DNA of 64,000 nucleotides from Camelus ferus (GCF_009834535.1 NC_045696.1:65598001-65662000), one strand, 5' to 3'; shown: positions 26,469 through 41,299, counted from the first letter of the stretch. Made by a program: numbers and translations. The notes: generated from the letters alone by a model not told the origin.

Positions 26469-28699
26469 CTGAGTGGAGGTGGAGGAATGTGAAAAATAGA
26501 AATGCAGGTTAACTTATTGAGAGTGCGAACTGTCTACGTGAGAGAGACAGGGCCCAAGACTACCATGTAACAATGGAGAAGACTACTTTTCCCAGTTAAC
26601 AAACTGAAAAGAAGGGGCGAGCATTTACTGGAGTGGTCCAGGCACACACGAAGGATTCTGAGCACATAGCCAGACAGGGAAAAAACTAAAACGAAATTGA
26701 GTGAAGTAAATCTGAAAGAAAAGCTTGATCATGATTAGGGAAAAGCCAACATGGTACTTTGATATTTGCCAATAACAAAAGTTCCAGTCATTAAAATGTT
26801 AAATTCTATTTATAAAACTATTTTGTAACTAGTGTATTAGTATTTGGAGGGGAAGTGAGAGCTAAGGGAGTCTTAGAAAACAGAAAAAGAAGTAAGCTTT
26901 GTGACTTCAAAGGCTTTAGAATATCCTTATCGGAAATAATTGATCTGTATCAGAACGTTGCTAGTGTCTACTTAGTTCCAGAGATGATCTGCCGATTTTA
27001 GTTTTCCTCCATCCTCTCCCTTTAAGTGGCCAAAGCAAACACTCCCAGGCATACGTCAGTTCAACGTGGAAGAGGATGGAGTAAAGGAGAATTTTAGTGA
27101 GTAAATGACCCTATTGTCTTTGGATAACTCTGCTCCTAATCTTAATTGAAGTTTGGCGGAGGGAAAAATTAAGAAGAGATGCCCAAATGGAATACATAAA
27201 AAGGAGTCACTTCCTAATTAGACATATTTCAAAAAAAACTTTATGATATTGTATTCTATGTATAAAAATACAATATATTCTAAATATAGAAGTCCTTATG
27301 TTTAACATAAACTTCAGGAACAGCACGTAGATGGGTGCTTTTCTGTCAGGTCCCATTTAGGAACATGCAAACTGTGAAAACAAAGTAAGTAAATCAACAA
27401 TGCACACTGCAAGGGCATATTCCTTTTAACATTTGCTAAGACTTTGACTACCATTGGGAAATAACAAAAAGAAATCCAAATTCCATGGAAAATTGCTAAC
27501 ACAGCCAAGATTCCCTGCTAGAATTAGCCTTTTGCTGAACTGCATTTGAAACAGCTACCCTAATTTGATAGGATGTAGAAAAAATAAATGACTGTAGATT
27601 TTCTTAGTTATTAGGGTTTGTTTGGTGTTTTTTGGAGGGGGCTGTTTTGGTTTGGGTTTTCTGTTTTTGTTAAAGACTGTTATTGTGAATCTGACAGAGG
27701 AACAGAGGAAGGGGAGATATGTGCTAAACGCATCACTGATGCCATAAGCTTCCACTCAAAACTGCAAGTTGCTTCTTCTTGAGCTTTCCGAAGAAAATTT
27801 GCCTCAAAGGTGACATCAAAATTAAAAGCTGTCCTCTAAAAAGTCTGTAAAGGCATTTATTTTCATAATTTATAGTAAAAATTATTTTTACTTCAAGCAA
27901 AAATGAAACAGAATAATTACTCTCTGGAATAAAAAAGTATCTACTCTTTTAACCAAACTATTATTTTAAGTGTATACTGACAACTGAGAAAGAATCAATT
28001 CACTACTGCCGTGAATTAACAGAATACCGACCAGCTACTTAAATGACGACCACAACCAGGAAACAGTGGTTCAGTGTTAACACCAATGTTCCCACAGTGA
28101 GCTGTATCCGTGATGAAGTCTGCCTTTAGGCCCAAAGAGAAACAAGAAAGAAACAACATTATCAGTTGATAATATGTTTTCGACATGGATTTATGAAGTT
28201 ATGATTGTTTTGTTGTTGTTATTTTTAATTCTTTCTAAAAAGTTAACAGATATTAGTAGTTTTATTTTAGCAAAGTGTGTTGCAAGAATTAGAACAGAAC
28301 TGTCACTACATTTTCACATAGTTTACAGGAAAAAAATATTTATTGTCTACATCACTTGTTATATCTTTAAACCTGGGAAAGAAAAAAAAAAAAAAAAAAG
28401 ACAGGGGTGGAGGAATCTGTTTGAATCCTTTAAAACCCTGTCCAGTTAAGGGCTGAGACTTTCATGTTTTTTGAGACCAAGTTATTTGGCAAATATACTT
28501 AATTTCCTTATAACCAATACATATATATACATGCACACATACACATATATATATGTAAACGTTTTATTTGTGTTCGTCCATGTTTATCTTCCAAAATAAA
28601 CTGATTTTTGTTTAGATAGACAAAATACTATGTTATACACATATTACATTGATATACGTATAAATAATAGCACTTTAGAGTTTATCGAATCTTCAGAAA

Positions 28700-28870
28700 A
28701 ATTATACTGTTCAATCTTCTCATCATTCACCTGAAGGATGTATTTGTAGGATCTCCATTTTACAGATGAGAAAGAGACTTTGACTGTTTGTAGTAGATAA
28801 CTTCCTTACCATTACAAGTTTTCTAAGGAAGGGACAGAACTTGAATCAAGATCTTATGACTCCAAGGACC
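28700..28870 (-). mobile_element. MIR SINE
   Basis: MIR core ccattttacagatgagaaa...cttgaatcaagatct..tgactccaa. Confidence 0.6.
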
Positions 28871-30993
28871 ATGACTTAAAAAAAACCCACTAATATGCTT
28901 GTGATACAGGTAAGAGGCTTTGAAAGAAAAACATGGATTCATAAATGAATAAGATTCACCATTTCAGTTGATATAAATCTGATAGATCCTTTGGATAATT
29001 TCAAATTTGTAGAAAATCTATAAATGATCATTTTAGAGATTAATTTATTAAAGTTTAAGTAAAATAAAAGCTAAAACAATCACATCTGTAATTATTTGCT
29101 GGGATTATTATGTAAGACAGACAAAAATCATATTACACATTAAGATAGAGAAGTACAATGAAAGAATGTCTGCTAATAGCGTGTTGGGAAAGGACCACTG
29201 CAAAGAAGACAGGACGCTTTGTGAGTACGAGCTGGACTGCAGTGTGACTTCGCGGGAACTCAACTTGGTCGAACTCAGAGGCATATAAATGAAGATCACA
29301 TGCTCAGCAATATATAATCTCCCAACAAACCGCAACTGAAGAGAAATTCCAATAGTACTTTACACGCACAAGCTCAGGAAGGCACCGTTTTCTATTCCCA
29401 GTCCCTTCCAACTCCACAAAAGTAGCACGTATGCCATTCTCTACAAAAGTTTACAAAAGCAATTAAACATAGATTTAAAAAATTTTTACGTTTCCCTGAA
29501 AATCCACTGAATTCTTAATGTGGTTTAGAGAGATGAATCAGGATGACAGCACTCTGGTCAAAACAACCAGGTTTGAGTCCCAATTCAAGTTAGTATAAAG
29601 TCTTAACAGAGGAATGCTAAAATCAGTGCTTTACTGTACTGAATTTACTTACTACCCTAATGGTTTTAGACTCAAAAGTTTAAAATGGTTATTTTTATTT
29701 GTAACGAACATGTCTTTAAGGCAGAATTACAAATAAAAACAAACAAAAAACCCCACCAGACCACATTTCCAATTTTAATTAAAAGCTAAAGAGAAACTCT
29801 TTACCTTCTGACCTCTATGGCAATATTTTTCTTTTTAAACGATGTAACACATGATTTGATTAGAAAAACCAGCATAAGGAAAATGGCTACCAAAAAAGAG
29901 CTGAGCATTTTAAATACGGGACAACACACCAAGCAATAAATAGACAATCAACCTGCTTACTAATTGTGTCACAGGGCTGAGCTCTGCTGATAACAATAGC
30001 TTTAGAACAATGTGACTGCATGATTGTACTCGAACTCTAATTATTCTATCGTCTACATATAGAGATCTTTCATTCTACTCATCTAAGACAAACACCTACT
30101 TACCTTTTATAATGAAATTATAGAAAAGCCATTGATAATGAATTTTCAGGGAGCTTTGGGATTACTGACCTTAAAATCTTTACTCTCCAGAAGCTGCTTT
30201 TAGATTTTATTTAGCTGGTATCCTAAGCATGTATGGTCTATAAGTTGAATTACAATAAATACTGACACTAAAAACTATAGGAAATGTGTTTCCTTTGACA
30301 GATCTTTAAAAAGGACTGAACAATATTTGCAAATACTCATTTCCCAACACACTGTTAAGATAAAGAATCGCCACCATGAGTGCCACCACCACACCATCAC
30401 CACCACCATCACACGGCAAAAGCAGGCACTAGAGAAGGGACTTTTCTCTCTCAGAAATTTTTCAATATGATAATCACACAGCAAAAGAAAGCACCAAGAG
30501 CAAAAAATGAACAGAGAATCTTAAAATTTAACTTTGTCATCAGCAGGCTAACCCATCGGCTGAGGTTTAAAAGGCAAGAAGTGTGAAAAAAAAAGCTGTG
30601 TTATCCAGTAACTGATAAATGGTGTACCTCCTTTATTATCTGTGCCACTTTGCTGCTTTAAACAGTACTGCCCAGATTTCCTTGAGAAAGATCAAGCCCA
30701 GACTCATGTGACATTTTTCACACCCCTTTTTATGTGCTTAGAATGTAATCCAGCATTCCAAGTAGCAATAGTGCAAAAGAATGCGCACCAAACCTTGCTA
30801 AACCATACTTAAGTTTTAACAGCCATAAAAATGGCCCTGGTCAACCAACTACAGAACAGATGAATTCATTGGATAAGATAAAATTCCACCACAAATCTAA
30901 ACATCTCTAGTTTAGAGACAAACTTAAAGGGGTGTCTTGCAACTGACTCTAAGGACAGAGTAAGTCATGAGTCATGATGCAGGAATCAGTTAC

Positions 30994-31111
30994 CTCCGTC
31001 TTCATAATAGTAACTGTCACCATAAGCTTTGCCTCCAGAGGACTCTGGAAAGTGCTTCTTTCGCTTTTTCTCCTCCTGTAACTCCTTTTCTTGCAAGAGG
31101 CGTGCTATGTC
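30994..31111 (-). CDS. CCDC50: CCDC50 exon 5 (118 nt, phase 0-1): [39 protein letters not shown]
   Basis: ttgcag|GACATAGCACGC...GAAGACGGAG|gtaact; contains the characteristic SYYYED tyrosine cluster. Confidence 0.97.
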
Positions 31112-32690
31112 CTGCAAATACAGAGAGAACGGAAATAAGTATTACCGGAGAAGGAACACAGTCCATACAGTGGCCCTACAGGTCAATGGTTTGACGTTCC
31201 ACTGCCAGACTTTTGTGGGCTCTGCCTATGGCTCTCCAGACTTTCTGGCATTAAGCTCATACTATCCAAATGCCAACGATGACTGCTCAACAGGAGTGGC
31301 ATACGATCCAGATGACGGGTAAAGTTGTTGGGTTTTTTTTAATTGAAATTTCAATCTAACTCAACCTGAAGATGTTCAAATGTAGTATTCCTAAAGCTGG
31401 TTATAGAACAGAATTTTAAAAATATGTATTTGTGGGTCCTTTTTCCAAGATGATGATTCACTAAGTCTGAATGAAGAAGAGTGCTGTAATCTATGGAACT
31501 TTATAAACTGTATTTACAACTTACTTTAAAAACTTTTCTAAAGCGTTTTTCAATTGATCCTGTTTTAGCTGCACATTAGAGTTCCACTGTCTTAACTGAA
31601 AACGAGAATACCGTCTTCCTCCTGCCTCCCCTCTGCTTCATCTCCAGGCAAGTTTTTAGGAGTCACTAAGTGATGACTAGCATTCTGACCCTGTCCCCAG
31701 AGAGATTACCATCCCCTCTATGAAAACAAAGGTATACACAAATAACTACAACACAATTCAACTAGAAATGCCTCAAAAAAGAGGCTAAAAATGTCTATGA
31801 GAGCACAAAAGAGGGAATATTATTTCTGCTTAAATGAATTAGTTCAAGGCTTTGCATTTATGTTAGGTTCTGAGCAGTCCAATAGGCAAAAGGAGAGAGA
31901 GAACATGAGCAAAGTTATAAACACTTCAATGGGCATCAATCTAGAGAACAACCCATAGCCCCATGAGAACAGAGGACGTGGGGGGTTACAGAGAAAGCTG
32001 AAGCTAGAAAAAGTCAGAGGCTGCATCGCAGGCACCCCTTACGGACAATTTTAAGAAGTCTGAAGTCTATAAATAAGGAATAAAGGACTACTAACGGTTT
32101 TGAGCTGGAATGTGACAGCATTTTGAATCTTAAGAGTATTTCTATGAAAGGCCCAATGAAACAGTACATAAACTTTGTGCAGGTATACTTTTTTAGAACG
32201 AAGATCCCTAGCTGTCACCAGACTCTTAAAGATCATACAAACACGGCAGCAACACTCTCTGGTGCAAGTAAATGGTAATAATAGTCACAGGTGTCTGAGA
32301 TGCTTACTTCTTCATATTGACAATGAGGAATACAGAAGTGCTGAGATGTTAATGATGCCTATTTTGAAGCAAGAGTTAATCACCACTCTTCTTTTTGCAA
32401 TTTTCTGAGTAAGTCAAAATGAAGACTATACTAAGGCTGCAAGACAGATTAAAAAAATTCATTTAAATAAGTCAATTCTTCTCATGTCAGGATAGAAATA
32501 AACAGGGTGCTGAGGCTAGGTAAATTAGCAACAACTACCCACATACTCGGCTTTTAATGTTCACAAAACAGTCTTACAAATCTGCCTTTGTGTTAAGTAA
32601 ATGCCTAAATTCAAACTTATAAATATACTATTACCATATAATCCTTTAACTGATTTCTATGCTGCAAATTTCTCATAAAACTATGTAAAA

Positions 32691-32693
<3 letters not shown>

Positions 32694-32732
<39 letters not shown>
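32694..32732. repeat. (TA)n microsatellite, about 19 units
   Basis: Directly visible. Confidence 0.95.
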
Positions 32733-32739
<7 letters not shown>

Positions 32740-35700
32740 ATAAGTAATCTTTGTAAAAGCACTTACACTATGTTGCAGTTCAGAATGAAAGGCAAAGAAC
32801 ACAATCCTACTTAAAACACAAGTATCATTTTCATGCAAAGAAATCTGAATTTCTAATACTTTGATGGGGGAAAAAAAAAAAACCCAAATCTGAATGGTTA
32901 AGATGATCTTCTTTTCCCTTCCAGTTCAAGTCAGATGCTTCAGAGACACTGGAGGAGAAATACTAACTAATATAATGGATTTCTTTGGGCTTGAATTCTT
33001 TATCTGTAAAATGAAGGGTTTGAACCACTCAATCTTAAAGTCGAAAGTCTTGACTCCTAATGCACCATTTTAATAAATCTGAGTGTGACCAGCTGCCAGC
33101 CCCTTTGCCAGGTACTGCACTTGACGTCTTACAAAGCAACACGGCCGTGAGGAAGAGAGGGGTGTGACAAGGTAAGCTGTCCTCCCCAAACTAGTACCTG
33201 TTAACAGAATTTCCCAAACCCTTATACTTTTTACTGTGGAAGTAGGAAGAAAATATAAATACTTCCCTGAATGGTCACAGTTTACTAAGCACCCAACACT
33301 ACATTTTCCTAAGTGGTTTCTTTTACTGAAAACAAAAAATTTCCCTTGATGTAACAGTAAAAATATAACAGAAAATTATCGGGTCCAACTGCCAGTGGAA
33401 ATTATTAAACTGTACTGCAGGGACTTTATAATTGCTTTCCTGCTATTGAATTTAGTCCTAATGAATGCAGAGTGAATATATATATAAATGAATAAGCCAC
33501 TTGCTCACTGTGAAGAACCAAAGATGAACCAAAGAGAAACAAAGATGATGCCCCTTTTTTGTACAAGGCGGCAGCTAGTCAAAAGGAGTGCTTTTATCCA
33601 AGTAGAAAAATAACAATCATAATGCGTCATGTACCTTAGCATCCAAACCTCTTGCTTTTTTAACTCAGCTCTTTTCTGAGTAAGCTTCTACAGTGTGAGA
33701 ACGGCTAGCTGGACTTGAGGAGGGAAAGGATAAAGGATTCAATGGAAAACTGCTGCTGTATTGCAACTGTGGTTTAGCCCAAGTCAGTTCTCCTCCCTGC
33801 TTTCTGACATTACTGCCCAATGGGCTTAGTTAGGCGATTTCAATACAAAGAATTTCCCCTGCAACAAGCTAAAGATGGGAATTGTTAGTCACAACGCTTG
33901 GATGCAGCTTAGTCAACCATGACACAAACAACCTCCTTGGTCCTCAGCTTCCTTCCTGTTAAAGGTTAGTCTAGAACAGCATTTCCCAAAGCTCTGTTTT
34001 TGAGAACACTGGTATTAAAAGGTTCTCCAAGAAAAAACAAAAAAACAAACAAAAAAAGCCCCAGAAAGCATTCAATAGAAAACATGTATTACGTCTAACT
34101 CTTCCAACACATTTCAAAATGTGCTAATATATTTTTAAACTTTGATAAAAGAAATCTGTTATCTTCCTGTAACCCAGGAATTTCCAAATTCATTTTGTGA
34201 CAGAAGGCTTTTTGTTACATAAAAAATACAAACCTTATGAAATTAGTGTTTGATAAAATGTAACCTGGGGAAAAAAATGTAAAAGAACTCATAAGCTTTT
34301 TTGAAGTTATGTTCATTATTTTTTCATTAATCATATTAATCAGGTAGACTTACTTTCAGCTAATATGTAAAAATAACTCTGTGGCATAGAAGACTTTCTA
34401 GTAAGCACATTTATTGAAATAAGAGTTTATCATTACATCCCATCTCTCCCTTTTCTGTTATCCAAGCTCACTCAACTCTGGAAAATTTGAAGCTGTGAGC
34501 TTAAGGGCACTGGTAAGGATGGATAGACTCCTAGGGGAAAGTCATTTTAAGAAAAACACAGATTCACTGATTCCCTTCAATGGCTCAAACATTCTGCTAG
34601 ACACCTCCTGTAGCAAAGAAGATGTGTGGTCAATCTCATTAAAGCTCTTATCTATGAAGTGTTAGAAGCAAAATGACCAAGACATAAAGATGAGTCCTGT
34701 AAGAGAGGCATTAATACAAACCAGGTGGGAAGGAGGCAGAGGAGCCCCACTGAAGCAGGTGACAAATTGCTGAACCACTGTGTTGGGTTCCTTCGGGTAT
34801 TTTTATGATTTACATGATTTTATACCAGGGTTACTTCTCCCTTAAAGTTTCCATCTCTATAGTACAACAGTAGTGGGATTCAAAATGAGGAACCCTTGGC
34901 TATAAAGACAATCTAAAGGAGATCTGAAAATGTGATTGTCAAATCACTATCAGAAGAATTTAAAAAAGGAAAGCCATTCCATTAGATTACTAAACTTATT
35001 TTATTAACTAGCAATTAGTATATTAGCATCTAACTCAGTAGGGGACTCAAAGCAGGTATAATCCCCAAAGGGTTACTCTACAAGACCAGAAAAACAGGGT
35101 AATACCAATTACATGGATATAAAAACCTCACTATAACTAGGGTAAGACGAGAGAAGAATTTTCTCAGCCAGAGGCCTCCCACTCACTTCCCTTGTCTGGC
35201 TATATTTGTATAAACTTATTTTCTAAGTGCCAAAACATAGGAAAAAATTTTAGCAGCAAAAATTATTACTATCTGAACTATCCTCCAGATTTTACCAACT
35301 TATATAATATTCTTTTAGAACATGAAATTCTGATCACCATAAGAGTGCTATGAAAAAGCACCATGGCTCACACCAGATTAATTTTTAATGTAAATTGGTT
35401 ACTAAGTTTATCCCAGAATAGCTCACATTACAAAATGGCTTCAAACTGTTGGACTAATGCCACAGACGTCTCATGACATGGTTGGCCACGCTACTGCTGT
35501 TTACTTTAGGGGAAAAAAAAAGGTTTTCCCTAAAATAGTTTCATGTTCACATATATTTGGACCTAGGTTCCAAGACACACACGTGTATGTCTACATTCAC
35601 TCACACAGTTACGAGTTTTAGTTAAGAATAACTAAGTTAAATGAACTAAACGCACATTTCTTGGCTTTGTTAAGTAACACTGGCAAAGGCTTACACTGTG

Positions 35701-36954
35701 ACCAAAGAGAAAGATCCCAATAAAATTAGTCCACCTGTATTAGCCACATACTCATACAGTCCAATGTTCCAAAAGACTGCAAGCCCCTGCCTTGAACAGG
35801 GCACCCAGAGAGAAATGCAACTATTACTGCATTCAAGACGCTGGTGTAAAAGAGTTAAAAAGAAAAAAAAGCCAGGAAGAAAGGAAGGGAGGATGAGGGA
35901 GGGAAAAGAGGAAGGGAAGGGGAAGGCCACAATGCTAGTAAGAGTACAAGAGATCTTTTTCTTTTTTTTTAACTTTTCTACATCTGTCTCCCCAATGGAA
36001 ATGCTACTTTCCTTACATCTGGGCTCTGTTAAAAAACACAAAAAAGACAAAAGCTAGACAAGCTAATTCACCCAAAGTTGTATAATTCTACTTCTCATGA
36101 ACAATGTTGTTCAGAAAAAAAAAACCTGTCCCAAGAGAAAAGGGGCCTCGAATTCCACATCTGGTTGTTGTGGGTGATTATAAACTACCCAAGAGAGTTG
36201 ATTCCAAAAATCTCTAAAAAGATATTTGGATGAAAATCCAGAGAGGAATTTGCCACAGCCCTGCTGCTGAGTAAGAACTTAGTAGCTAAGCGGCCTCTAC
36301 AAGGAAGCGGAAGAGCAGAGGGAGGAACAAAGCAGAACCAGGACAGCTGACAAGGAACAGGCCACGCTCTCCCAGGAGCTGGCCAGGAAGATGAGCGCTG
36401 CCTTCGCAGTCTCAGTCTTCCCAGTGAAGCATCCGGGACTGAAACAAACTAATATGCATTGTCATGCATCCTTCAACGTCAAACTTATGCAAATCTTGTT
36501 TATTCAATATTACAACATACTAGTCAGCGGGGAGTCACATTTTTCTACGATAAAAGAACACTTTGGCAGGACAGCCATCTTCTAATCTCAGGCATCAGTG
36601 AAAAATCCAAAATGTCTGCAAGGAGTTTTTTAAAGGCTAGTCTCACTAAACCTCCACGACTGGACTTCTCATTTAATCTCCCCACGGCACCGGGGGCGGG
36701 GGGCCGTTTCAGTAAGTCAGAAGTGGAAGTGGGCGAGGAGGTGGGGGGCCTGTGAAGGGAAGGAGGCTCCTGAAGATGCCTCAAATTACACCATACTGGA
36801 ATACACTTAGGCCCGTTTAACTTTCCCCCTCTCTAACTTAGCACTTCTCTCTGTGAGAGAAATCTGAGCTGTTACAGAAGGCAGAATGGTGGGGAAAACA
36901 CCTGGCAAGAAAGCCAAAAGGGAAAAGCAACCATTAACTTAGTGTGCAGCAGAG

Positions 36955-37140
36955 ACCTTATCCACATGATCTTACTTAAACCTCACAATAGCCCTTTAGG
37001 GTGGTGTACAGTTATCCTGACTTCCTGGGTTTGGAACCTGAGGTTCCACGTGGTTAAGCGAGATGCTGAAAGTCGCAGCTAAGAATTAAACAGTTTAGAT
37101 TCAAACCCAGGACAGCCTAACTCCAAAGTCTATGTGTTCC
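36955..37140 (-). mobile_element. MIR SINE
   Basis: cttaaacctcacaatagccct...ggaacctgaggttc...ggttaag...gattcaaacccaggacagcctaactccaaag. Confidence 0.65.
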
Positions 37141-37811
37141 ATTTTGTATCACAGTTTAAGTCAGAAGCAGTCAGTCAGGAGACTGAATTGTACAGACATT
37201 CCTCTGGCATCTTACTATAGCTTGGGACCAGTCATTCACTTCTTCAACACTTAATTTCTTCATCTGAAAAATGCAGTCATTCACTACACTGCCTACTTTA
37301 TATAGTACTACAGTGAGATGTATTGTGATTGCTGTTTAGTTTTTACATGCATAAAATAAAGTGTTTTGGTTTCTCTAATACTGTTTTTCCCTGAATGGGG
37401 GGAAGAGGGGATCACAGGACACCAGAAGCATTTAGAAGAAGCCAACTTCATTACTCTGTTATTTTTAAAATAGAAGCTTTCCTAGTCTACAAAACATAAT
37501 CACTTCTTTCAGTTCCTAGTTTCATCCCCAAAGCAGTCTCGACTACAGAGAGGCAACACATCCAGCAGTAAGAAAGGGCTCCTGTGTTGGTAACAGGAAG
37601 GATGACAAGGAATCCCTAATTCCTACTTGCAATTCTGATTATCACATAGTCATGGCTTGTTTCTTAAAGAAACAGCTAAATACACTCACACCAGGTGTCT
37701 CACACTCACCTGGCACTGAACAAGGAGTTCTAGAAGAACCAGGATGGCTCAGCGGGAGGAGCAGAAGATGCGGGCTGGTTCACTGATGACCCTGACCGTA
37801 CCTACTTAATA

Positions 37812-37909
37812 AGGGTGACTGAAAGTGCCAGTTTGCCCAGGAGAGTCCCAGTTTATGTAAGTATTAACAGTGTCCCTTTAACCTTGAAAAGTATCATATA
37901 GTCATCCTA
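37812..37909. mobile_element. MER94-like hAT-Blackjack MITE
   Basis: TIR-like agggtgact / agtcatcct; internal ccagtttgcccagga..gtcccagtt. Confidence 0.6.
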
Positions 37910-38313
37910 CTATTAAAAGTGATAAATCATTTTTCCTTATTATAAATCAAGACAAAGGCCAAGAATAGCATAATACATGTGAAAGAAACAGACACAGAAT
38001 CAATGCATATTTAAAAAGAACTGTTAGTGAGAAATGCTGAAGACACAAAAGTAAGTGATCATTAAGTACAAATCAAGTCTTCTTACAAACCATATCCTAC
38101 TGCTAATTTTAGTCATTTTCGGCTTTAAACACAATATAATTTAAAAATACACACAGACTCAAACAGACCACTGCTTTGACGCAGCTTATCATAAGAGAGT
38201 GAAACCATTCACAAAAGAGAGTGAGAGCCATGGCCAGTCCCTGACTCCTGTTCAGGCTAAACTCAAGGTCTGCTCTTCCTAAAGTTGTGGGAATAGCCCA
38301 CAGACAGACAGCC

Positions 38314-38736
38314 TGTATTGGGTTGAAGTGCCCCTTAAAATTCATTTATACCAAGAACCTCAGAACATGATCTTATTTGGAAATAGGGTCTTTGCAGATG
38401 TAATTAGCTAAGAGGAGATCTTAACAGTGGGTTACAGTGGGTCCTCGATCCAATGACTGGTGTCCTTGTAAGAAAACAAGAGAACAGGGAAGAAAGCCAC
38501 GTGACAATAAAGGTTGAGACCTTGTGATGATTACAAGCCAAGGCATGCAAAGACTGCCGGGAGCCACCAGAAGCTAGGAAGAAGCGAAGAAGGGTCTCTC
38601 CTAATAGGTGGCACGATGCTGCCAACACCTTCATTTCAATTTGCAGCCTGCAGAACTGTGAGAGGATACATTTCTGCTGTTTTAAGCCACCAAGTTTGCG
38701 GTAATTTGTTACAGCAGCCCTAAGGAACCTAATCCA
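38314..38736 (+). mobile_element. MaLR solo LTR (MLT1 family)
   Basis: TG...CA ends; hallmark ttatttggaaatagggtctttgcagatgtaattag and gtaatttgttacagcagccc. Confidence 0.9.
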
Positions 38737-38970
38737 CACTTTATGTCAAATTATCCTTTATCATCATCTTTTAAGATTTCACCACTTACACAACTGATCA
38801 AAGTAATCGACAGTGGTCCATGGAGAGTGGTACTTGAACTATGCACCCCAAAAGGGAAGCGTTCTGCTGCACATCCAGCAACCCTAATCTGAGCCTATGA
38901 ACACAGAGTCTCTGCTCCGGAGCTGAGCAGCCCTTCCTCCTGGGGGGGCGGGGCATTAACTAGGTGGTAC

Positions 38971-39061
38971 CTCATCCTTCTTCTCCTGAATGCGTCGCTT
39001 CTCTGCTTCGATAGCCAGCTTCTCCTGAATCTCCTGAGCAATTTCACAGTCTTGTTGTTCA
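38971..39061 (-). CDS. CCDC50: CCDC50 exon 4 (91 nt, phase 2-0): [30 protein letters not shown]
   Basis: ttttag|TGAACAACAAGAC...AAGGATGAG|gtacca; frame continues. Confidence 0.97.
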
Positions 39062-39144
39062 CTAAAAAACAAAGGTGAAAACAACATGGATAAAGAAAAC
39101 AAAGAATGATTTTTCCTAAACAGAACACAATTTCCTGAACACTA

Positions 39145-39330
39145 TGAGCCAGTGTATATTTTTATCTCACTTAATCCTCACAATAATGATGCAAAGAGGC
39201 TGATGCTGTCACATCTTACAGATGAAAAACTTGAGGCCCAGAATAGTGAAATCATTTCCCTAAGAACACACAGCAAGTAAGTGGTAGAACCAGAATATGA
39301 TACCCAGAGACTTCAATGGAAAGCTCCGCG
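39145..39330 (-). mobile_element. MIR SINE
   Basis: tctcacttaatcctcacaa...ttacagatgaaaaacttgaggcccaga...cacacagcaagtaagtggtagaaccaga. Confidence 0.7.
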
Positions 39331-41299
39331 CTTTCTCTGTACCACCATATCACCTTGTCCTGCTGGAGCCGTTCTACAGAGACACAGGCACATTTCCTCA
39401 AGACTCTGCAAAGGAGCTCAACACTATGGGAATGACGTCCACAAATATCCAAACAAGCATAGAGTACACAGACAAAAACTGGGAGCAAGCTCACTAAAAT
39501 GTCAGTAATACTGTGGCCACCTAGAGGTGGTTTTATAAATTTTTTAATCAGATGAATTTTTTTTTTTCAGTTTCAATAAAACTTTAAACAAAAGAAAAAA
39601 AATGTATACTTCTCCAGCTTCAGTTCCAAGTAGAAACCTCTCTCGTTGATGCCAGTGTTCTTAATACTCTGGCCACTAAGAAAACCAAATGTAGTAAAAT
39701 ACTGCTGCTGCCACAGTTTTGTTTCGTTTTCGCATTCACGCACTTAAAAAAAGATTTAAACAGCATCTGCTATCGTCCAGGCACCATGCTCAACACTGAG
39801 GATACAAAAATAAATAAAGGATGAAGATCCTGAACTCAGGAGTTCACAGTACATCCTGGTGGGAGAAAGGAGACAAATCATTGTGTTGGGAGAAAAAGAT
39901 CCTTTAAAACATCGGTTCCAACAGAAAATGGGGTTTGGACCTCTCAGAGATGGCTGTAAGGACACAAGTCTTCTGTCTCAGGTTTCAAGAAGTCAGTGGG
40001 CAGCTTAAAACTCCAGAGTGTGGTAGTGCCAGGGAGCCCACCTTTACACAGAACTGTTAGCTAGGAAACAGATATAAACATGCTTAGAGTTTACTATCTA
40101 AAAAGATGCTGGGATAAAATTACCATTGTGGTTTATATATGTAGTTCATTTGCTAAACAAATATTGCCTCTTATTCACCTGCTGCCAGTTGAACTTAAAC
40201 TACTCAGTGACTCCAGGCTTGCATATGCCAAGTTTAATGGCAGTCTTTTGTAACCGAAAAGTGTTGGAGGGTGAGGGGGGGATATCCCAACTTCTCTGGA
40301 GAAACCAGAATCCCCATAGTCTATTCTGACAAAAGTGAGCGGATGAACACTGTTCTCATTTGTATAAGGAAATGGTCACTTTCAACATGTCTGGAAATAG
40401 ATACAGATGTTGGTAAACTTGTACACACGGGTGTGTATGTATGTGTGTGCGCACACAGGACAGAAAGGGAGGAAGAGAACACAAGACGGAGAGCACAGGC
40501 CGGAACTGGAAATGACAAGCTATTTTAGAATCGGTAAGAAAATCACCGGAAAAGTTGCCTGCAGACCTAACTTCTGGTCCTGCTGCCGTTAACCGGTGAA
40601 TCATGTCCTTTCATGTCATCTTATCAGTGATAAAAGTTTCTAGACTTAATGACTTCATACTAAGGTCTAACACTCTAGGATTCTTAACCATTCAAACCAC
40701 AGAACTAAAAATAAATATCTACTCAGAATAATTTTCATTTCTATATCCTCTTTCCATTCACTCACTTTAAATAGTTAAGAATCATACACAGAATCACGGT
40801 CTTAGTTTTTGAAGATTTGTCTACCTGGATCTCCCAAACTAACGTAAACCCGCACAGGAGTAAGCAGCTACTAACTACACGCAAGGTGCTAACAGCTGGG
40901 AAGAAAGCAGAGGAGCACAAATCCAAATGAAATGCTGAGAGTCACAAGTGACAGAAGATGCATCTCCTAGTATGGAAAATAAAGAAGTAAAGTTTAGGCT
41001 GAGCCTAATTATTTCAAACCATATTTCCAAGAAGGACCAGTTCTAGTTCCCTCAGCTATTGGTACAGAATCCTTAGGAAGCAAAATCAAGTGAGAAACGA
41101 GTCGTCAGCCGTCGGTCAGCTTGACTTTGGACCAGGGCCCCAGGATCCAGACAGACCAGCTGAAAGGTTCCAGTTTGTTAGTATCTATAGCATTTCATCC
41201 TTCCCTTGATGTTCAGATGGCAAGACTGCCAGGCTGTAAAAACTGAAAAACTTCCTTATTTCAGCCAGGAATACCTCCAAAACCTTGAAGTCCCAGGCA

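Noticed and set aside
25830..26512. Several overlapping + strand ORFs (64-113 aa)
   Set aside because: Antisense shadows of the GC-rich exon 6
30380..30586. ORF starting with a poly-His run
   Set aside because: Product of a (CAC)n simple repeat, antisense in intron 5
37680..37740. Perfect minus-strand donor CAG|gtgagt with local cactcac repeat
   Set aside because: Nearest acceptor gives only a ~20-nt unit; isolated consensus donors are common
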